From assembly GCF_964194155.1 (NCBI RefSeq), contig NC_135894.1, positions 71,982,001-72,046,000 on the forward strand: a stretch of 64,000 bases of DNA, read 5' to 3'. A program made the position numbers and the translations under genes. Shown here piece after piece: positions 12,421 through 25,510 of this stretch. A model generated the notes under the pieces. The model saw only the letters and a list, made by a program, of their open reading frames with translations. It was not told the origin of the DNA and made no database searches. Within the stretch, counting starts at the first letter, position 1, and the number at the start of each line of letters is the position of its first letter. The stretch comes from Cetorhinus maximus (Eukaryota).

Positions 12421-12519
12421 AAGTTATTTGCGCTTTCAAATATATTGGCCAGAAGAAATCTCTTAATTTGTTATCCAGTGATTTCTTAGATTGGATTATA
12501 TTAGAATATAATAACATAC

Positions 12520-12612
12520 TTAAGAGTCATTAGACTCAAAACATTAACTCTGTTTTTCTCTCTCCACAGCTGCTGTCAGATCTGCTGAGTTTTTCCAGTA
12601 CTTTGCTTTTGT
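12520..12612 (+). mobile_element. Penelope-like terminal relic
   Basis: gactcaaaacattaactctg..gctgctgtcagatctgctgagtttttccag is homologous to 51498-51560. Confidence 0.75.
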
Positions 12613-13049
12613 AGTACTATACTTGACCTTTCTTCATATGAAGCAATATTCCAAACAACAAAGCTGATTTTGAAATATGTTGCATTAACCTTGAAAAAAA
12701 TGATCTTCACTAAGGTTTGTAAACTGTGGGGCATAGGTTAATGGAGCAACTAAGGGCTTTAACTTAGAGATATAAAAATACCGATATAATTAGGTTTCCC
12801 CACTTGTTGAGTTGCATCTGTTTGCAAAATGTCTGGGCCACCCTACTAGTTGAGGTGAGGTGAACTATTGTGTCCAGTCTTGCCAGGTATACTAGAGTGA
12901 ATGAAGTGTAGTATTTTTGGGAGTAAAGGAAAAATCTACTCTCAGCTTTCTTGAAAATTCCTCAAAATTTTGTTTGTGGGAAATGGTATATGTTTTAGTT
13001 CCCTGAATAATACAACTAGTTGCTCTGCCGTGGCACTGTGCTGTATGTG

Positions 13050-13490
13050 GGAAGTCAAGACCAAGCACTTGGATGAAGGGACTGAATGTATAGTTGCTAT
13101 ATTTGCTGGTGATACAAAGATGGGTAGGAAAGTAGGTTGTGAAGGAGACATAAGGAGCCTGCAAGGTGATATAGGTTAAGGATATTTTCCCCTTTTGGGA
13201 GAAGCTAAAACTAGGGGACACAGTTTAAAAATAAGACGTCTCCCATTTAATACGGAGATGAGAAGAAATTTTTTCTCTGAGGGTCGTAAGTCTTTGGAAC
13301 ACTTGTTCCTGGAGAGCAGTGGAGACCGGGTCATTGAATACTTTTAAGGCAGAGGTAGGTAGATTTTTGATTAACAAAGGTTATCAGGGGTCAGCAGAAT
13401 GTGGAGTTCAGGCCTCAATCGGATCAGCCACAATCATCTTGAATGGCGGAGTAAGCTTGAGGGGTCGAATGACCTACTCCTCCAAATTCA
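13050..13490 (+). mobile_element. CR1 family B, internally deleted 3' part
   Basis: LDEGTECIVAIFAGDTKMG..SLQGDI, then a jump to the 3' end homologous to 43180-43490. Confidence 0.85.
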
Positions 13491-14554
13491 TGTGTAAATG
13501 TGGCTTTTAGGTGAAGGGTGGTTCAATGCAGGGGATAACTGAGTTCCATTTTGAAACAAAATACAAAGTCCTTATTTTTGTATTTCCATTATAAATTGAC
13601 ATGTCTACATTTACAATGGAAGTTATGCTGAAATTATGTCTTCCTCTTTTCAGTGGTACACTGCAGTGTCTTCACTGGCAGAAGGAGCAATGTAGTTACA
13701 ACATTAGTTTCCATGAGCAGTTGCTATTATAGGTGTAAAGATAGGAGTTATAATGGACAAAAATATGACTAAGCACGTACAAATGTAAGATTTTTAATAT
13801 ATTACTGGTCAACCTTCTGCAGGTTTGCAAACAGCAACCTGCAGAAAATGTCTTCTCTCACTTACCTCTGCTGTGTTTGCGTTGCTGTTTCTTCATTTGC
13901 TTCCTTTAGCTTCTCTTCAGCTTCTTTCTCTTTTATCCTTTTTTTACTTCCCCTTTTTTCTGTTAGGTACCAGAACGTGGGTGGTATTTCCTGGTGTGGT
14001 AGAGAAATGGTTACAGGCTGCAGTGATGGTTATGAGGTAATTGTGGGCCTCATTGGCTCCCTTGCCATCCACTTGCTCCCTTGCCATCCACTTGCTCTCA
14101 TTATGTCCCTCTACTTTATTTCACTCCCTACTATATGTTCACTCAAATCACTGCCCCTACCTCTTCTCCTTTGAATTACCCACTCATCTCCTGTATCCTT
14201 CCCTCTCCCTTGTTCTGCTATCATTCACTGACCTATAATCCACAATGTAATTACCTCCTTTAAAGGTGTACCACAAGAGGCTAAAGACCATCTTCTTTTT
14301 CCCCCACCCCTCCCACTCACTCTTCTCATTTACTTCCTCAGAGGCTTTGTTTGTATTCAAAATTATTCTTGTGTTTTCTTTAATAAAATCAAATTGGAAT
14401 GAAGAAAGCAACTGCATGCCTGTCTTTCTCTTCTGTAGGTATGTATTCTGTCACATGGGGGTTAGAAATTAGAATATTCTTTTGCAAAGATGTAAGACAT
14501 TGGCAAGTGCCAGCCACAGCTAGCATTGATGCCTTTGTGTTGGAAGGTGATGTG

Positions 14555-14900
14555 TTTAGCCCCAGTTGAGAGATTTGAGCACATAATGTAGTTTGAAATT
14601 TCAGTGTAGTACTGAGAGAAAGCTACGTTGGCAGAATTGCTTTCTTTTCAATGGGTTGTTAAAACCAAGGATCTATCAGTTTGATCAAGTGGACTTCAAA
14701 GATCCTGTGGCACCATTCAAAGGAAAGCAGGAGTGTTCTCATGGCTAATGTTTACCCCTCAACCAATACCACTGAAACATTATCTGGTAATCTATCTCAT
14801 TTCTGTTTGTGGGATCTTGTATTGTGCAAATTGCCTGCACACACACTTTGGCTTAGGTGGCTTCTTTCGTCATTTCAAAAGTACTGTGAGCATAATGTGG
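14555..14900 (+). mobile_element. DeuSINE-like (SacSINE1/AmnSINE-related) copy
   Basis: Deu-domain-like aaagatcctgtggcaccattc..gcaggagtgttctc..tttacccctcaaccaa; reverse-complement homolog of 38105-38545. Confidence 0.75.
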
Positions 14901-15499
14901 CCAGTGATTGGAAAAAAAGTGATTTGTCATGAAGTCTGATTGGATTGTTATGAAGTCAATAGAAATTCTGATATTCCCTTGTAACTGGGGACTTTAATTA
15001 AGAATGGGGGTCATATTTACCCATTGCACCAGTGGATATATCCATCTGCTCCAAGACCATTTTTCTCCACGGTTAAACATCTCCTTAAATATATATCTCC
15101 ACATTCTTCCTCTGCCTTCATCTCCAAACAAAAGTGCCACACCCTTCACTTCCCTGCCATTACTCTGAATTCTTGCCAGGTTCCCAAGCATTCTAGCTTC
15201 AGTCTTGAACCACTGCAGTTTCTCTTCATTTTCTTTCACGTGCCTGTTTGAAGCTCATCTCTTCCTTGAGACACAGTTCTTGCGCTGCTTAATTTAGTTC
15301 TCCACTAGTCTCCTGATGACTCGAGTAACAGTTATGACCTTATCCTTGCTGGTTGACATAGAATCAAAGAATAGTACAGCACAGGAAGAGGCGAGTCAGC
15401 CCATTAAGGCTGTGGCAGTTCTTTTGAAGAGCAATCCCATTAGTTTCACCAGTCTTTCCCCATATCTCTCCATTTCTTTCTTCTTCAGTTATAGTTAAA

Positions 15500-15592
15500 C
15501 TGTGTTCTAATGAAAGATCATTGACCTGAAAAGTTAACTCTGTTTCTGTCTCCACCACCAGACCTGAGTATTTCCAGTTTTCTGCTTTTATT
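15500..15592 (+). mobile_element. Old Penelope-like terminal relic with degenerate hammerhead
   Basis: gttctaatgaaagatcattgacctgaaaagttaactc..cagacctgagtatttccag. Confidence 0.65.
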
Positions 15593-16549
15593 ATTATCAT
15601 CACTTACTCACTTTCCACAGGTAGCCTTCCTCTTCCTTTTTAAAGCACAATCAAAAGACCTCTTAAATTGAATCCCGACCCATTGGGCTTGGTGATGGTG
15701 TCCTTTACAGCAACTAGTCTGCCAATACTTCCTATTTAGTTTCACACATGAAGATTGATGTTGGTGCCTGAGGAACTATATTCAAATAAATGGGAAAACT
15801 ATTAGGGCAAGAGTGCTTTTTAAGGATGGTAACGTTTTTAGTTCCAAGTATTCTTAGATACTTTCTTTGAGTATTGATTGTGAACTTGTGAAGGGATGTT
15901 CTGAAATTAGACTGCAATATACAAGCATGGAGTAGATCCCTGATTTGAATCAAATTTGATGCATTATGGACGAGTGGGAAATTACAGGAGTGTTTATTTA
16001 GTTTCATATTGTCAATGTGACTTTTTAAAGTCCCTGATAACACTAAAAAGCAAAGCATTTTATTATTCATTCTTGGGAATGCGAAGCAATTTTGTGGAGA
16101 ATTTGCAACACAGTTGTAAAAGTGATGGGAGATTTAGTAATTCAGTTTTCAAATTAATATAGTCCCATTGGCTTTCCCTGGGATTTTTCTGCTGATGGGA
16201 AGCTGGAGATTGATTTGAATAACAAATTGCTGAAATAAAATACTGGCCATGTTGTATAATACCTTGTGATGTAAATATCTTGGGATATTATAGTCTGAAC
16301 CTCAACATTAGAAATCACATAACTAAAATTTTTATCCCTCAATGAGGGAAGGTCAAGATAATCATTATAGAAAATACAAACCGCGATTCATATTATTGAT
16401 CACCAGTATATCCCGGTGCCGATCTTTACATTATTACCATACCAGCAGTTTATTGTTATGATATTCCTTTAGAAACATATCTCAGGATAGAATAGACAGT
16501 AAATGAGATGAAGTGGAAAATAAATGGAGGGAAAATAAGTTTATCACCA

Positions 16550-19500
16550 TCATGATTTAGTGATAATGTCACTGGACTAATAATTCGGAGGCCCAGGTTA
16601 TTGCTTTGGGGACACAGGTTCAGATCCTACCAAGGCAGCTGGTGAAATTTCAATTCGATCAATAAATCTGGAATTGAAAGCTAGTAATTGTGACCATGAA
16701 ACTATCATTGATTGCCGTTACAACCCATCTGGTTCACAAATGTCCTTTAGGAAAGGAAATCTGCCATCCCTATCTAGTCTGACTTCAGACCCACAGTAAT
16801 ATGGTTGAATCTTAAATGGCCTAGCAAGCCACTCAGTTATATCAAAATGCTATGAAGCCTCAAAGGAATGAAACTGAATAGATATAGTCATACTCACAGA
16901 ATCATATCTCACAGACAATGTCCCAGACGCCACCACCACTATCCCTGGGTATGTCCTATCCCACCGGCAGAACACACCCACCAGAGGAGGCAGCACAGTA
17001 CTGCAGAGGGAGTTGCCCTGGAAGTCCTGAACGTTAACTATGGACCCCATGAAGCTCATGGCATCAGGTCAAACGTGAGCAGGGACTCCTGCTGCTGATT
17101 ATGACTTACTTGGTAACACCGCTATTGACTGAGCTGGCTGAGTTCTAGAGGACATAGCTGCTAGACTGGGTCTGCGGCAGTTGGTGAGGGAATGAACAAG
17201 AGGGAAAAACCTACTTGACCTCGGCCTCCCCAATCTACCTATTGCAGATGCATCTGCCATTGACATTATTGGTGGGAGAGACCACCGCAGAGCCCTTGTG
17301 GAGGCAAAGCTCCGTCTTCACATTGAGGATACCCTGCATTATGTTATGTGACACTACCACCGTGCTAAATGGGATAGATTTTGAACAGATCTTGCAACCC
17401 AAAACTGGGCATCCATGAGGCACTGTGGGCCATGAGCAGAGTTGTATTCAACCACGTTCTGAAACTTCATGGTCTGACATAACCCCCACTCAACTGTTAC
17501 CATCAAGGGGGTGATCAACCCCCATTCATTGAAGAGTGCAGGAGGGCATGCCAGGAGCAGCACCAGGCATACCTAAAAATGAGGTGTCAATCTGGTGAAG
17601 CTACAACACAGGACTATCAGTGTGCCAAACAGCGGAAGCAGCATGCAGTAGACAGCTAAGCGATCCTACAACCGATGGATGTCTGCCACATCCAGTCATG
17701 AATAGTGGTGGATGGAGGAGGAGGAGGCTCGACAAATATCCCCATCCTCAATGGGGGAGTCCAGTGCATCAGTGCAAAAAACGAGGCTGAAACATTTGGA
17801 GCCATCTTCAGTCAGAAGTGCTGTGTGGGTGATCTATGTCTGCTTCCTCCTGTGGTCCCCAGTATCACAGATACTAGTCTTCAGCCAATTTGATTCACTC
17901 CACGTAATATCAAGAAATGACTGAAGATACTGAATACTGCAAAAGCTATGGGACCTGACAACATTCCAGCAATAGTCTTGAAGACTTATATTCCAGAACT
18001 AGCTGCGTCCCTCACCAAGCTGTTCCAGTATAGCTACAACACTGGCATCTACCCGTCAATGTGGAAAATTGCCCAGCAAGTCCTGTCCCCCCTCTCAAAA
18101 AACAGCAGGACAAATCCAACCTGGCTAATTGCCACCCCACAAGTCTACTCTTGATCATCAGCAAAGTGATGGAAGGGATGGTCGAAAGGGCTATCAAGTG
18201 GCCTTTACTCAGCAATAATGTGCTCACTGACGTTCAGTTTGGGTTCGGCCAGGGCCGCTCAGTTCCTGACCTCATTACAGTCTTAGTCCAAACATGGACA
18301 AAGAGCTGAATTCAAGAGGTGAGGTGAGAGTGACTGCCCTTGACATCAAGGCAGCATTTGACTGAGTGTGGCGTCAAAGTCCCCTTGCAAAATTGTCAGT
18401 GGGAATCAGGGGGGAACTCTCCATTGGTTGGAGTCATAATTAGCACAGAGGAAGATGGTTGTGGTTGTTGAAGGTCAATCATCTCAGTCCCAGGACATCG
18501 CTGCAGGGGTTCCTCAGGGTAGTGTCCAAGGTCCAAGCATCTTCAGCTGCTTCATCAATGACTTTCCCTCCATCATAAGGTGGGGATGTTTACTGATGAT
18601 TGCACAATGTTCACCATTCTCAACCCCTGTTAGGAAATAGAGATAGTTTAAGTGAGTTATATTGATATTTGTAGGTGTTAGGAATCAGTTTTAGCTTTAA
18701 AGTTTAAGTTTGATTTGTATTTTTGTATGTGTGTTAAGAAAGATCAAATGGAGTTTTAGTTTCACTTTAAAAAGGTGCTTGCATTTCTCATGAAAGTTTA
18801 CGACTTAAGTTAAGCAAACATGAGTAGGAAAACAGTGCTGTTGCCTAGCATTGGAGGCCCAGAGAGGCAGGTCCCTCCCACAGATACACAAAAAGCGAGA
18901 AACAGCAGTTTGTTTTGGAAGCTGTTGGGAGTTCAGCTGGTTTGGAAGACAGCTGTCAAACAGAAGTTACTTAGAAGGGGCAGATAGACAGCTCCAAGCT
19001 AAAGTTGGTTGAAAATTAGCTGCCAGAGAGACTGGAGCAAGAGAGACAGACAGCCAGTCCCAAGCTAAGGGGAAAAACTCCAAAAATCCAGGGGAGTTGA
19101 AGAGGGAAAAATCCAAAGAAGACCTCCTAGTCAAAGGAAGGACAGAAAGCTGGGGAATGTCCTGTTAATTAAGTTGAGAGTGAGGGGCAGAGAGAGATGA
19201 TCCAAGCTTCAGATTTAAGCAGACCAAAGCTGTAGAAAGCAGATTTAAAGCGAGAAGAGGCAAGAAGGTCCAAAGAGAAAACTGAAGGTCTGTAACTCTG
19301 TGGGCATGTGAAGCAATGGTATTGTTGATGGTTGAGTCAGTGAGAGTGTGTGTGGAAGACAGCTTGAATACATGCAGTGACGCTGGGAAGAGGAATATCA
19401 GAAGGAGAGTTCAAAACCCTGGAGGTGAACCCTTGCAGAAGGCATCGGAGAGAAAGCATCGGTTTGGGAGAGGATTCCAAAGTGAGGTCTTTGAGAGTGG

Positions 19501-20710
19501 AGATTGGAAACCCTTGTGTGAAAGACATAGTTCAGTGAGACTGGTTGGCTCACAGTGTGACAAGTGTCTGGTGGGAAGTTGAGGAGAGATATAGCATTTG
19601 GTTGAGGTGGCACCTGTCACTTGGTTTCAGAGTGCAGTGTGTCTGACCGCAGGTCACCATAGGTTTACTTGGACTGTGTACTTCCTGTGGACAATAAAGT
19701 ATAAGATAGCTTTTGTAACTTGTTATCCTTACAAATCTGTATATATTTGTAAAGGTATAGTTGTGGTGTAGGAGTATTGTAATATAGTTCATCTTTTCTT
19801 GTTTAATATATGTTTTATTCTTGTGTTAAACGTTAATTAGCAGACTCCTGTGTCTGTTCAGTAGCTACTTTCTACATATCTAAATAAACAAAATTAAAGG
19901 TAGGTTTTATCAAGCTGGTTTCCACTCTGGGATCAAGCTTGTCCAGGGTAACCTCAGCAGGGATCATAACACTCCTCAGATACTGAAGCAGTCTGTGTCC
20001 ATATGCAGCGAGACCTGCACACCTCCCCATGACATTCAGTGGCATTACCATCACTGAATATCCCACTATTTATGTCCTGGGGGTTATCATTAGCCAGAAA
20101 CTGAACTGGTCCAGCCATATAAATACTGTGGCTACAAGAGCAGATCAAAGGCTGGGAATTCTGAGGTGAGTAACTCATCTCCTGACTCCCCAAAGCCGGT
20201 CCACCTTCTACATGTCTGGAGTATGATTGAATATTCTCCACTTGCCTGGATGAGTGCAGCTCCAACAACACCCAAGAAGCTCAACATCATCCAGGACAAA
20301 GCAGTCCTCATGATTGGCATCCCATCCACCACCTTCAACGTTCACTCCCTCCACCACCATTACACAGTGGCATCAGCGGGTACCATCTACAAGAAGCACT
20401 GCTGCAACTCGCCAAGGTTCCTTGACGGCACCTTCAAAAACTCTGACCACTACCACCTAGAAGGACAAGGGCAGCAGATGCATGGAAACACCACTACCGG
20501 CAAGTTCCCTTGCAAGTCATACACCATCCTGCCTTGGAACTATAGTGCTGTTCCTTCACTCTCTGGGTCAAAATCCTGGAACACTGTCCATAATAGCACT
20601 GTGGGAGGATTGTAGCGGTTCAAAAGGTTGGCTCACCACCATCTTCTCAAGGGATGGGCAATAAATGTTGACCTAGCCAGCGTCGCCCACATCCTGTGAA
20701 CAAATAAATT
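16550..20710 (+). mobile_element. Family A LINE, head-to-tail copy with internal deletions, interrupted by a solo LTR
   Basis: tRNA-like head from ~16555 (ctggactaataattcgg; B-box ggttcagatcc), APE fragments, GPDNIPAIVLKT, GVPQGSVQGP; resumes at 19972; tail cacatcctgtgaacaaataaa. Confidence 0.92.
18628..19971 (+). mobile_element. Solo LTR (1344 bp), gypsy- or ERV-type
   Basis: TGTTA...TAACA termini; 4-bp TSD cccc/ctcc (intact family A copies read gactcctcag); splits the LINE RT cleanly; AATAAA near 19693 and 19882; no gag/pol. Confidence 0.88.
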
Positions 20711-21299
20711 AAATGCTCATCCGTTTTAAGATTTTATGCTGAGCTGCGATAATTTTGGGCAGAAAACCCTAGCCTCTGATTTAAATTTTCACCAAGGCAC
20801 TGGAAAAGATTATTGTATTAAGGAAGTTGTTCATTGCCTGAAGTAAATTAGTCTGTTGCTAATTTATACATCAAAGTGAGACTGTGTTGGTGTAGGACAG
20901 GAAACCAGCCTGTAGAACTTTTAACCACTGAAGCTTTATCTTCAATCTGTAGTCCAGGCAAATAATTGTAAACGATCCAGATAACATAATGAGGTGATAC
21001 TTGCTCGTGGATACTCCTTTTGAGTTGTTCAGTAGGGATACTGGGCCTAGCTTTATGGAAGCTTTGGTATTGGGACAATCCCAACCAGCATCTAAATTAA
21101 TAAGTGTTCGGTACAGATGATTCTGCACTGTTTGTTCTTCCCTTTTCTCCATGCTCCATTGATTTGCATTCAGTCACTGAAATTTAAGCATATGTACAAA
21201 ATAGTAACTGGAACATTCCTTGTCTGTATAACTTAGCTGCAGCACAATTGTATTTTAACTTTGTTCTAATTATAGCCATTAGAAATTCAATAGCAGCAT

Positions 21300-22665
21300 C
21301 TTTGGATAAAGATACCGCAAAGGCTATGGGCCCTGACAATATTCCGGCAATAGTACTGAAGACTTGTGCTCCAGAACTTGCCGCACCCTTAGCCAAGATA
21401 TTCCAGGTACAGCTAGCACACTGGCATTTACCTGGCTAAGTTGAAAAAATACACAGGTATGTCCTGTACACACAAAGCAGGACAAATCCTACCCGGCCAA
21501 TTACTGCCCCATCAGCCCACTTTTGATCATCAATAAAGTAATGGAAGGGGTCCTCAACAGTGCTATCAAGTGACACTTGCTTAGCAAGAACCTGCTTACT
21601 GACGCCCAGTTTGGGTTCCGCCAGGGCCACTCAGCTCCTGACTTCATTACAGCTTTGTTGGAGGTCAGTCGTCTCAGCTCCAGGACATCAGCGCAGGAGT
21701 TCCCCAGGGTGGTGTCCTCGGCCCAACCATCTTCAATTGCTTCATCAATGACCTTCCTTCCATCATAAGGTCAGAAGTGGTTGCTGATGATTGCATGATG
21801 TTCAACAGCATTCGTGACTCCTCAGATACTGAAGCAGTCCACGTCCAAATGCAGCAAGACCTGGACAATATCCAGGCTTGGGCTGACAAGTAGCAAGTAA
21901 CATTCACGTCACGCAAGTGTCAGGCAATGACCATCTCCGGCAAGAGAGAATCCAACCATTGTCCCTTGATGTTCAATGGCATTACCATCACGGAATCCCC
22001 CACTACCAACATCCTGGGGGGGTTACCATTGACCAGAAACTGAACTTGACTAGCCATATAAATACTGTGGCTACAAGAGCAGGTCAGAGGCTAGGAATCA
22101 TGCGATGAGTAACCTGACTCCTCAAAGCCTGTCCACCATCTACAAGGCACAAGTCTGGAGTGTGATGGAATACTCCCCACTTGTCTGGATGAGTGCAGCT
22201 CCCACAACACTCAATAAGCTTTACACTGTCCAGGGCAAAGCCCGCTTGATTGGCACCACATCCACAAACATTCACTCCCTCCACCACCGACGCACAGTCG
22301 TAGCAGTGTGTACCATCTACAAGATGCACTGCATGAACTCACCAAGGCTCCTTCGACAGCACCTTCCAAATCCACGACCACCCCCATCTAGAAGGGCAAG
22401 GGCAGCAGATAGATGGGAACGTCACCACCTGGAAGTTCCCCTCCAAGTCACTCACCATCCTGACTTGGAAATATATTGCTGTTCCTTCACTGTCACTGGG
22501 TCAGAACCTTGGAACTCCCTTCCTAACAGCACTGTGGGTGTACCTACACCATGGACTGCAACGGTTGAAGGAGGCAGCTCACCACCTCCTAAAGGGCAAT
22601 TAGGGACGGGCAATAAATGCTGGCCCAGCCAGCAACACCCACATCCCGTGAATGAATATAAAAAC
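21300..22665 (+). mobile_element. Family A LINE, 5'-truncated, with internal deletion in RT
   Basis: AMGPDNIPAIVLKTCAPELAAPLAK; QFGFRQGHSAPD; MEYSPLVWMSAAP; tail cccgtgaatgaatataaaa. Confidence 0.92.
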
Positions 22666-23234
22666 ATGTTCTCCTAAATAGGGTTTTATTCATGAGGCTG
22701 TTAACCATCTCTTCTCCATAAAGCTTTTTTAAAAAAAAAACTTGTCCTTATTTCCTTTCTTTTAAAGATAAAGCCTTTTGTGCCAGTGCATGTGAGCCTC
22801 AAGGCTTTGAATAAGACTTGCTGAAACATGTTAGCTTCGACTCTACCTTTTGTCCTATGTATTTACTGAAAAATTTTGATATACTTGTGATTCTCTATTG
22901 GAAAGTTCGTGTGAAATACCACATTGAGGATTTTAATGTTCTTTCTTGTATTTTTTTTCTTGTTTAAATTTAGATGTTTGCTCTCGAGTAATAGTTTGTC
23001 ATTTCAAATTTTTAAAAAAACTTCTATCTACATAAGTTTTTGACTTCCCGGTTAAAACTTCGAGAGCATGCTTTCAGAACATGAACTTTGATGTTCAGCT
23101 TGCTCAAATTCTAGACCTGGCTTTTTTTTTTCACCTACCTGATAGACTCATAATGGCAAAAGGAATGCTTTGAACTGTTAATGTTGTGACTATTTTGAAA
23201 TTCCTTCAACTGTAGGTTGAGGTAAAGAAAGAAA

Positions 23235-23650
23235 TTACATAATGTCATTCAAGTCCTCAGGATTTCCCAAGGTGCTTTGTTTTATGTATCAAACAGATAC
23301 TTTAAAATGCCATTGTGTTTTAATGTAGGCAAGCTGTATGCACAGGGAGGGTCCAATAAACAGCAATGAAATATATGACCAAATAAAAGATTTTGGTGGT
23401 GTTGCTTGAAGGATATATGGTGGCCAGGACACTGGGACACTCCCATTTTCTTCTTTATTAATGCGATGGATTCTTTTCTGGCCACCTGAGCATTCAGAGA
23501 TCCTTGGTTTAACATCTCATCTGAAAGATGGCATCTTGAAGAGTGTAGAGTTCCCTGAAGCGCCACGCTGGATACTGTGCTCAAATCTATGGAGTGCCCT
23601 CCATGACTTTCTGAGGCGATCGCACTGCCACTTAGCCAAGGTTGATACCT
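23235..23650 (-). mobile_element. DeuSINE-like copy
   Basis: ggccaggacactggg..ggtttaacatctcatctgaaagatggcatc; homologous to 38105-38545. Confidence 0.75.
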
Positions 23651-24264
23651 TCATATTCTAGTGAATGGCCATTGCATTTGCAGTTTTTGATGTTTAGATT
23701 AGTAGCGTATGTTTCCGGCCTGCAATGTTAGCTCTCAAGCTAATAGTGCAGCAATTCCTTTTTCTGTTAGTACAGTCGATGGGAATCACAAAGTTGGTGT
23801 GACAATCGTGTTAGATATCAGCCTCTTCAGCACTGCATTAGCTAATGTTTGGGGAAGGGAAGAGATGAATGGCACCACTTAATATAGTCTTGAATAGGTA
23901 CTGACAACAACTAATATTTCATTAAAAATATTTAATTCTATAATATTCTCATTTGTTAGTTTATATCAAGTTTACAGTATTCATTGCCCATTTCTACACT
24001 GGCCAGTTTTGAAATCGAGTATCAGTCAGTGCCAGATGTTGAGCCCAATACTCCATGACCATGGTATCTATTTGCAATGAAGTATTATTCCAGGAATCTC
24101 CAATCCTCCTTCCCCCAAATGTACACATCAGTGACAGGTGTTGACTTTTCATTTCATCTTGGCCTAAAACCATAGCACTGAGCTCAAGGATACTGGACTT
24201 GGCATCTGCAACGGATGTGATATTAGGCTCTCTGTTTTGGAAGTTAGCAGTAGCCACCAGATGT

Positions 24265-25510
24265 GGCTTAAATGAATTGTCATTTGGAAAAGCATGGGGT
24301 AATAAGGAACAGCCAGCATGGTTTTGTTAAAAACAAATTGTGTCTGACTGATTGAGTTCTTTGGTGAAGTAACTGAGAGGGTTGATAAAGATAGTTCTGT
24401 AGATGCTGTTTATATGGACTTTCAAAAGGCATTTGGTAAAATGCCTCATAACAAACTTCTTTGGAAAATAGAAACACATGGTATTAAAGGGCTTGTGATA
24501 AATTGTGTACGGAATCGGTTAAAGGATAAGAGGGTAGTGGTGAATGGGTGTTTTTTTGACTGGAGAGAAGTGTGCAGTAAGGCGTCTAAGTCAGCATTTA
24601 GACCATTGCTTTTCTTAATGTATGTGAAACACTAGGACTTGGATATGGAAGTACAATTTCAGAATTTGTGGGAAATGCATAACTTGGCAGTGTTGTAAAT
24701 AACGGGCAGGATAGTAACAAACTTCAGGAGGATATAGACTGGTGAAATAGGCAGACACTTGGCAGATGCAATTTAGCATGGATAAGTATGAAGTGATGTA
24801 CTTTGGGAAAAGCAGTACAATCTAAAAGGTGCTATTTGTTGGGGGGCAAGAACAGAAGTACTTGGGGGTGCATATCTGCAAATCTTTGAAGTTGGTAGGG
24901 CTAGTTGATGAAGAAAGCACAGGACACTTGGCTTTGTAATTAAGGGCATTGAACACAAAAACAGGGAAGTCACGCAGATCTCTGGTCAGGCCTCAGCGGA
25001 GTATTGTGCATAATTCTAGGCATCACACTTTAGAGAGGATTTCAAAGCCTTTGAGAGGGTACAGAGGAGGTTTACCAGGGTGATGCCATGGATGAGGGAG
25101 TTCAGTTATGTGGAAAGATTGGAAAAGCTGGGATTGTTCTCCTTAGAGCAGAGAAGGTGAAGGGGAGATCCCACAGAGGTAGTCAAAATATGAAAGGTTT
25201 TGATAGAGCAAGTGTGAGAGACTATTTCTTCTGGCAAGTGGGTTGGTAATTGGAGGCCCTAGATTTAAAATAATCAGCAAAAGAACAGAAGGATAAATGT
25301 CCTCACAGTAACTTGTTAAGGTCTGGAGACTGCTACCTGAAAGGGTGGAGACATTAAGTTCCTTAGGAACTATTAAAAGGCATTTATTTGAAGAGGACTA
25401 ATTTGCAGAGTTAAGGGGAAAAGCTGGCTGTGGAACTAAACTGGACGGCTCTTTCCAACTGCTGGTACTGGTATGCCTGGCTGTATGGCTGCCTCCTGTA
25501 CTTTAGGATT
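24265..25510 (+). mobile_element. CR1 family B, decayed RT and 3' end
   Basis: QHGFVK..CLT; MDFQKAFGKMPHNKLL.KI..HGIKG; LERVQRRFTR-like codons; degenerate tail. Confidence 0.88.

Noticed and set aside
14056-14093. 19-bp tandem duplication (also a 13-bp one at 7196-7221)
   Set aside because: Two adjacent units with no spacers; ordinary slippage, not CRISPR-like.
22105-22677. 190-aa ORF as a host gene
   Set aside because: It is the family A LINE C-terminus running by frameshift into the tail.
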